Shown: positions 63,383 through 64,000 of the stretch, piece after piece
Layout: each line of letters starts with the position of its first letter
How positions within the stretch are numbered: position 1 is the stretch's first letter
NCBI RefSeq assembly: GCF_030028105.1
Contig: NC_092370.1
Coordinates: 113,908,793-113,972,792 of the forward strand
DNA from: Mobula birostris
Taxonomy: Eukaryota
Direction of reading: 5' to 3'
Length of the DNA stretch: 64,000 nucleotides
Translations under genes and position numbers: made by a program
The notes under the pieces: generated by a model
Told to the model about the DNA's origin: nothing
Seen by the model: only the letters and a program-made list of their open reading frames with translations
The model's database searches: none

Positions 63383-63778
63383 TAGCCAGTAAGCGCAGTA
63401 GAAAGTGCCAGAATCATTCTCGCTTATGTTCGGCAAGAATAAAGTGCACGATTGAGTCTCAGGTACTTTGCTCGCAATTAATCGTTCGTCCGACACAGCC
63501 TTCTGAGTATCGGATGAATTCTTAAAATACAATAGCCGCTGCAGGCCTTCACCCGGCCTCTGCCGGTACCAATGTATAACAGCTTCCGCAAAATATATTT
63601 GTTGAACATCACAGTAAAAGTGCACAAATTTTGTCGGAATCCTGGTAATCGATAACCGAGTCTGTGTCAATATCTGAAGCGCCACTTTTCCTGTGGGAGA
63701 AAACAATACGTGATTGAATTATTCCACAGTGTGGTGACGAAGGGCGAAGGAAAACAGGGACTAAAATGCTAAACACTT
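63383..63778 (-). pseudogene. TRGV: TCR-gamma-type V segment V4 (family B): open V exon 63383-63690, leader and RSS defective
   Basis: Exon reads GKVALQILTQTRLSITRIPTKFVHFYC..IHWYRQRPGEGLQRLLYF..SCTL..DSGTFYCAYWL. It is colinear with V3 without indels (~47/103 identical by hand count). Acceptor ctcccacag is intact. No ATG occurs on the minus strand from 63690 to 64000. Confidence 0.85.
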
Positions 63779-63779
63779 G

Positions 63780-63995
63780 TTGGGGAGATAGAGCGGCGAG
63801 CTGATCCAGGTGACTGAGATCCTGCCGACCGCTTCACTCCTTCTCGAAGCCGCAAACTGCGGATTCCTTTTGGCGCGATGACGTCACGACCTGACCTTTA
63901 CTATTCAGACTCGGCGCTGAATTTCAATCCGGATCTCACCCCCCCCCACGTGGCCCAGAAGTCCAACCCAGCCACTGTGCGCAGGAAGCCGAGTG
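63780..63995 (-). promoter_or_regulatory. Conserved family-B V promoter with palindromic CRE TGACGTCA (63879-63886)
   Basis: Aligns by eye with 36310-36530 upstream of V3. CRE-like elements are established in TCR V promoters. Confidence 0.65.
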
Positions 63996-64000
63996 TGACC

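Noticed and set aside
63725-63760. Perfect CACAGTG on the + strand in the V4 leader intron (CACAATG at the same place in V3, ~36213) as an inverted cryptic RSS
   Set aside because: The nearest nonamer-like sequence is at a 17-bp spacer, fitting neither 12 nor 23.
63973-63979. CACAGTG on the minus strand upstream of V4
   Set aside because: No nonamer at 12 or 23 bp. The same applies to isolated heptamers at ~9466, ~15443, ~40776 and ~49962.
1-64000. J, D or C exons
   Set aside because: No FGxG motif with a 12-RSS and no C1-set exon seen by eye on either strand.

Overview
Repeat-dense vertebrate genomic DNA, almost certainly from a cartilaginous fish and probably a batoid; this is inferred from the CR1, Rex-Babar, HE1/V-SINE and Penelope repeat set and from the shark-type V segments. 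The window is part of an antigen-receptor V array, most consistent with the T-cell receptor gamma (TRG) locus. Four minus-strand V segments from two families are present, each with a 3' RSS in 23-bp register. V2 (17.5-17.9 kb) is the only fully intact one. V1 (6.0-6.4 kb) has an open frame but a 10-bp deletion removes its coding end and the heptamer CA. V3 (35.9-36.3 kb) has a stop codon, a TAC heptamer and no ATG. V4 (63.4-63.8 kb) has an open V exon and an intact CRE promoter, but no ATG, no leader donor and no heptamer. No D, J or C exon was found; they would lie beyond position 1. The left 29 kb is a ~10-kb unit in three copies. The rest is nested TEs: a near-complete chromoviral Gypsy, an RNase H-bearing I-group LINE, an ERV relic with ERV-L-like gag and gamma-type env, solo LTRs with perfect TSDs, Penelope termini with minimal hammerhead-like motifs, SINEs and MITEs. 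There is one 134-N assembly gap. TE boundaries are approximate unless a TSD is quoted.
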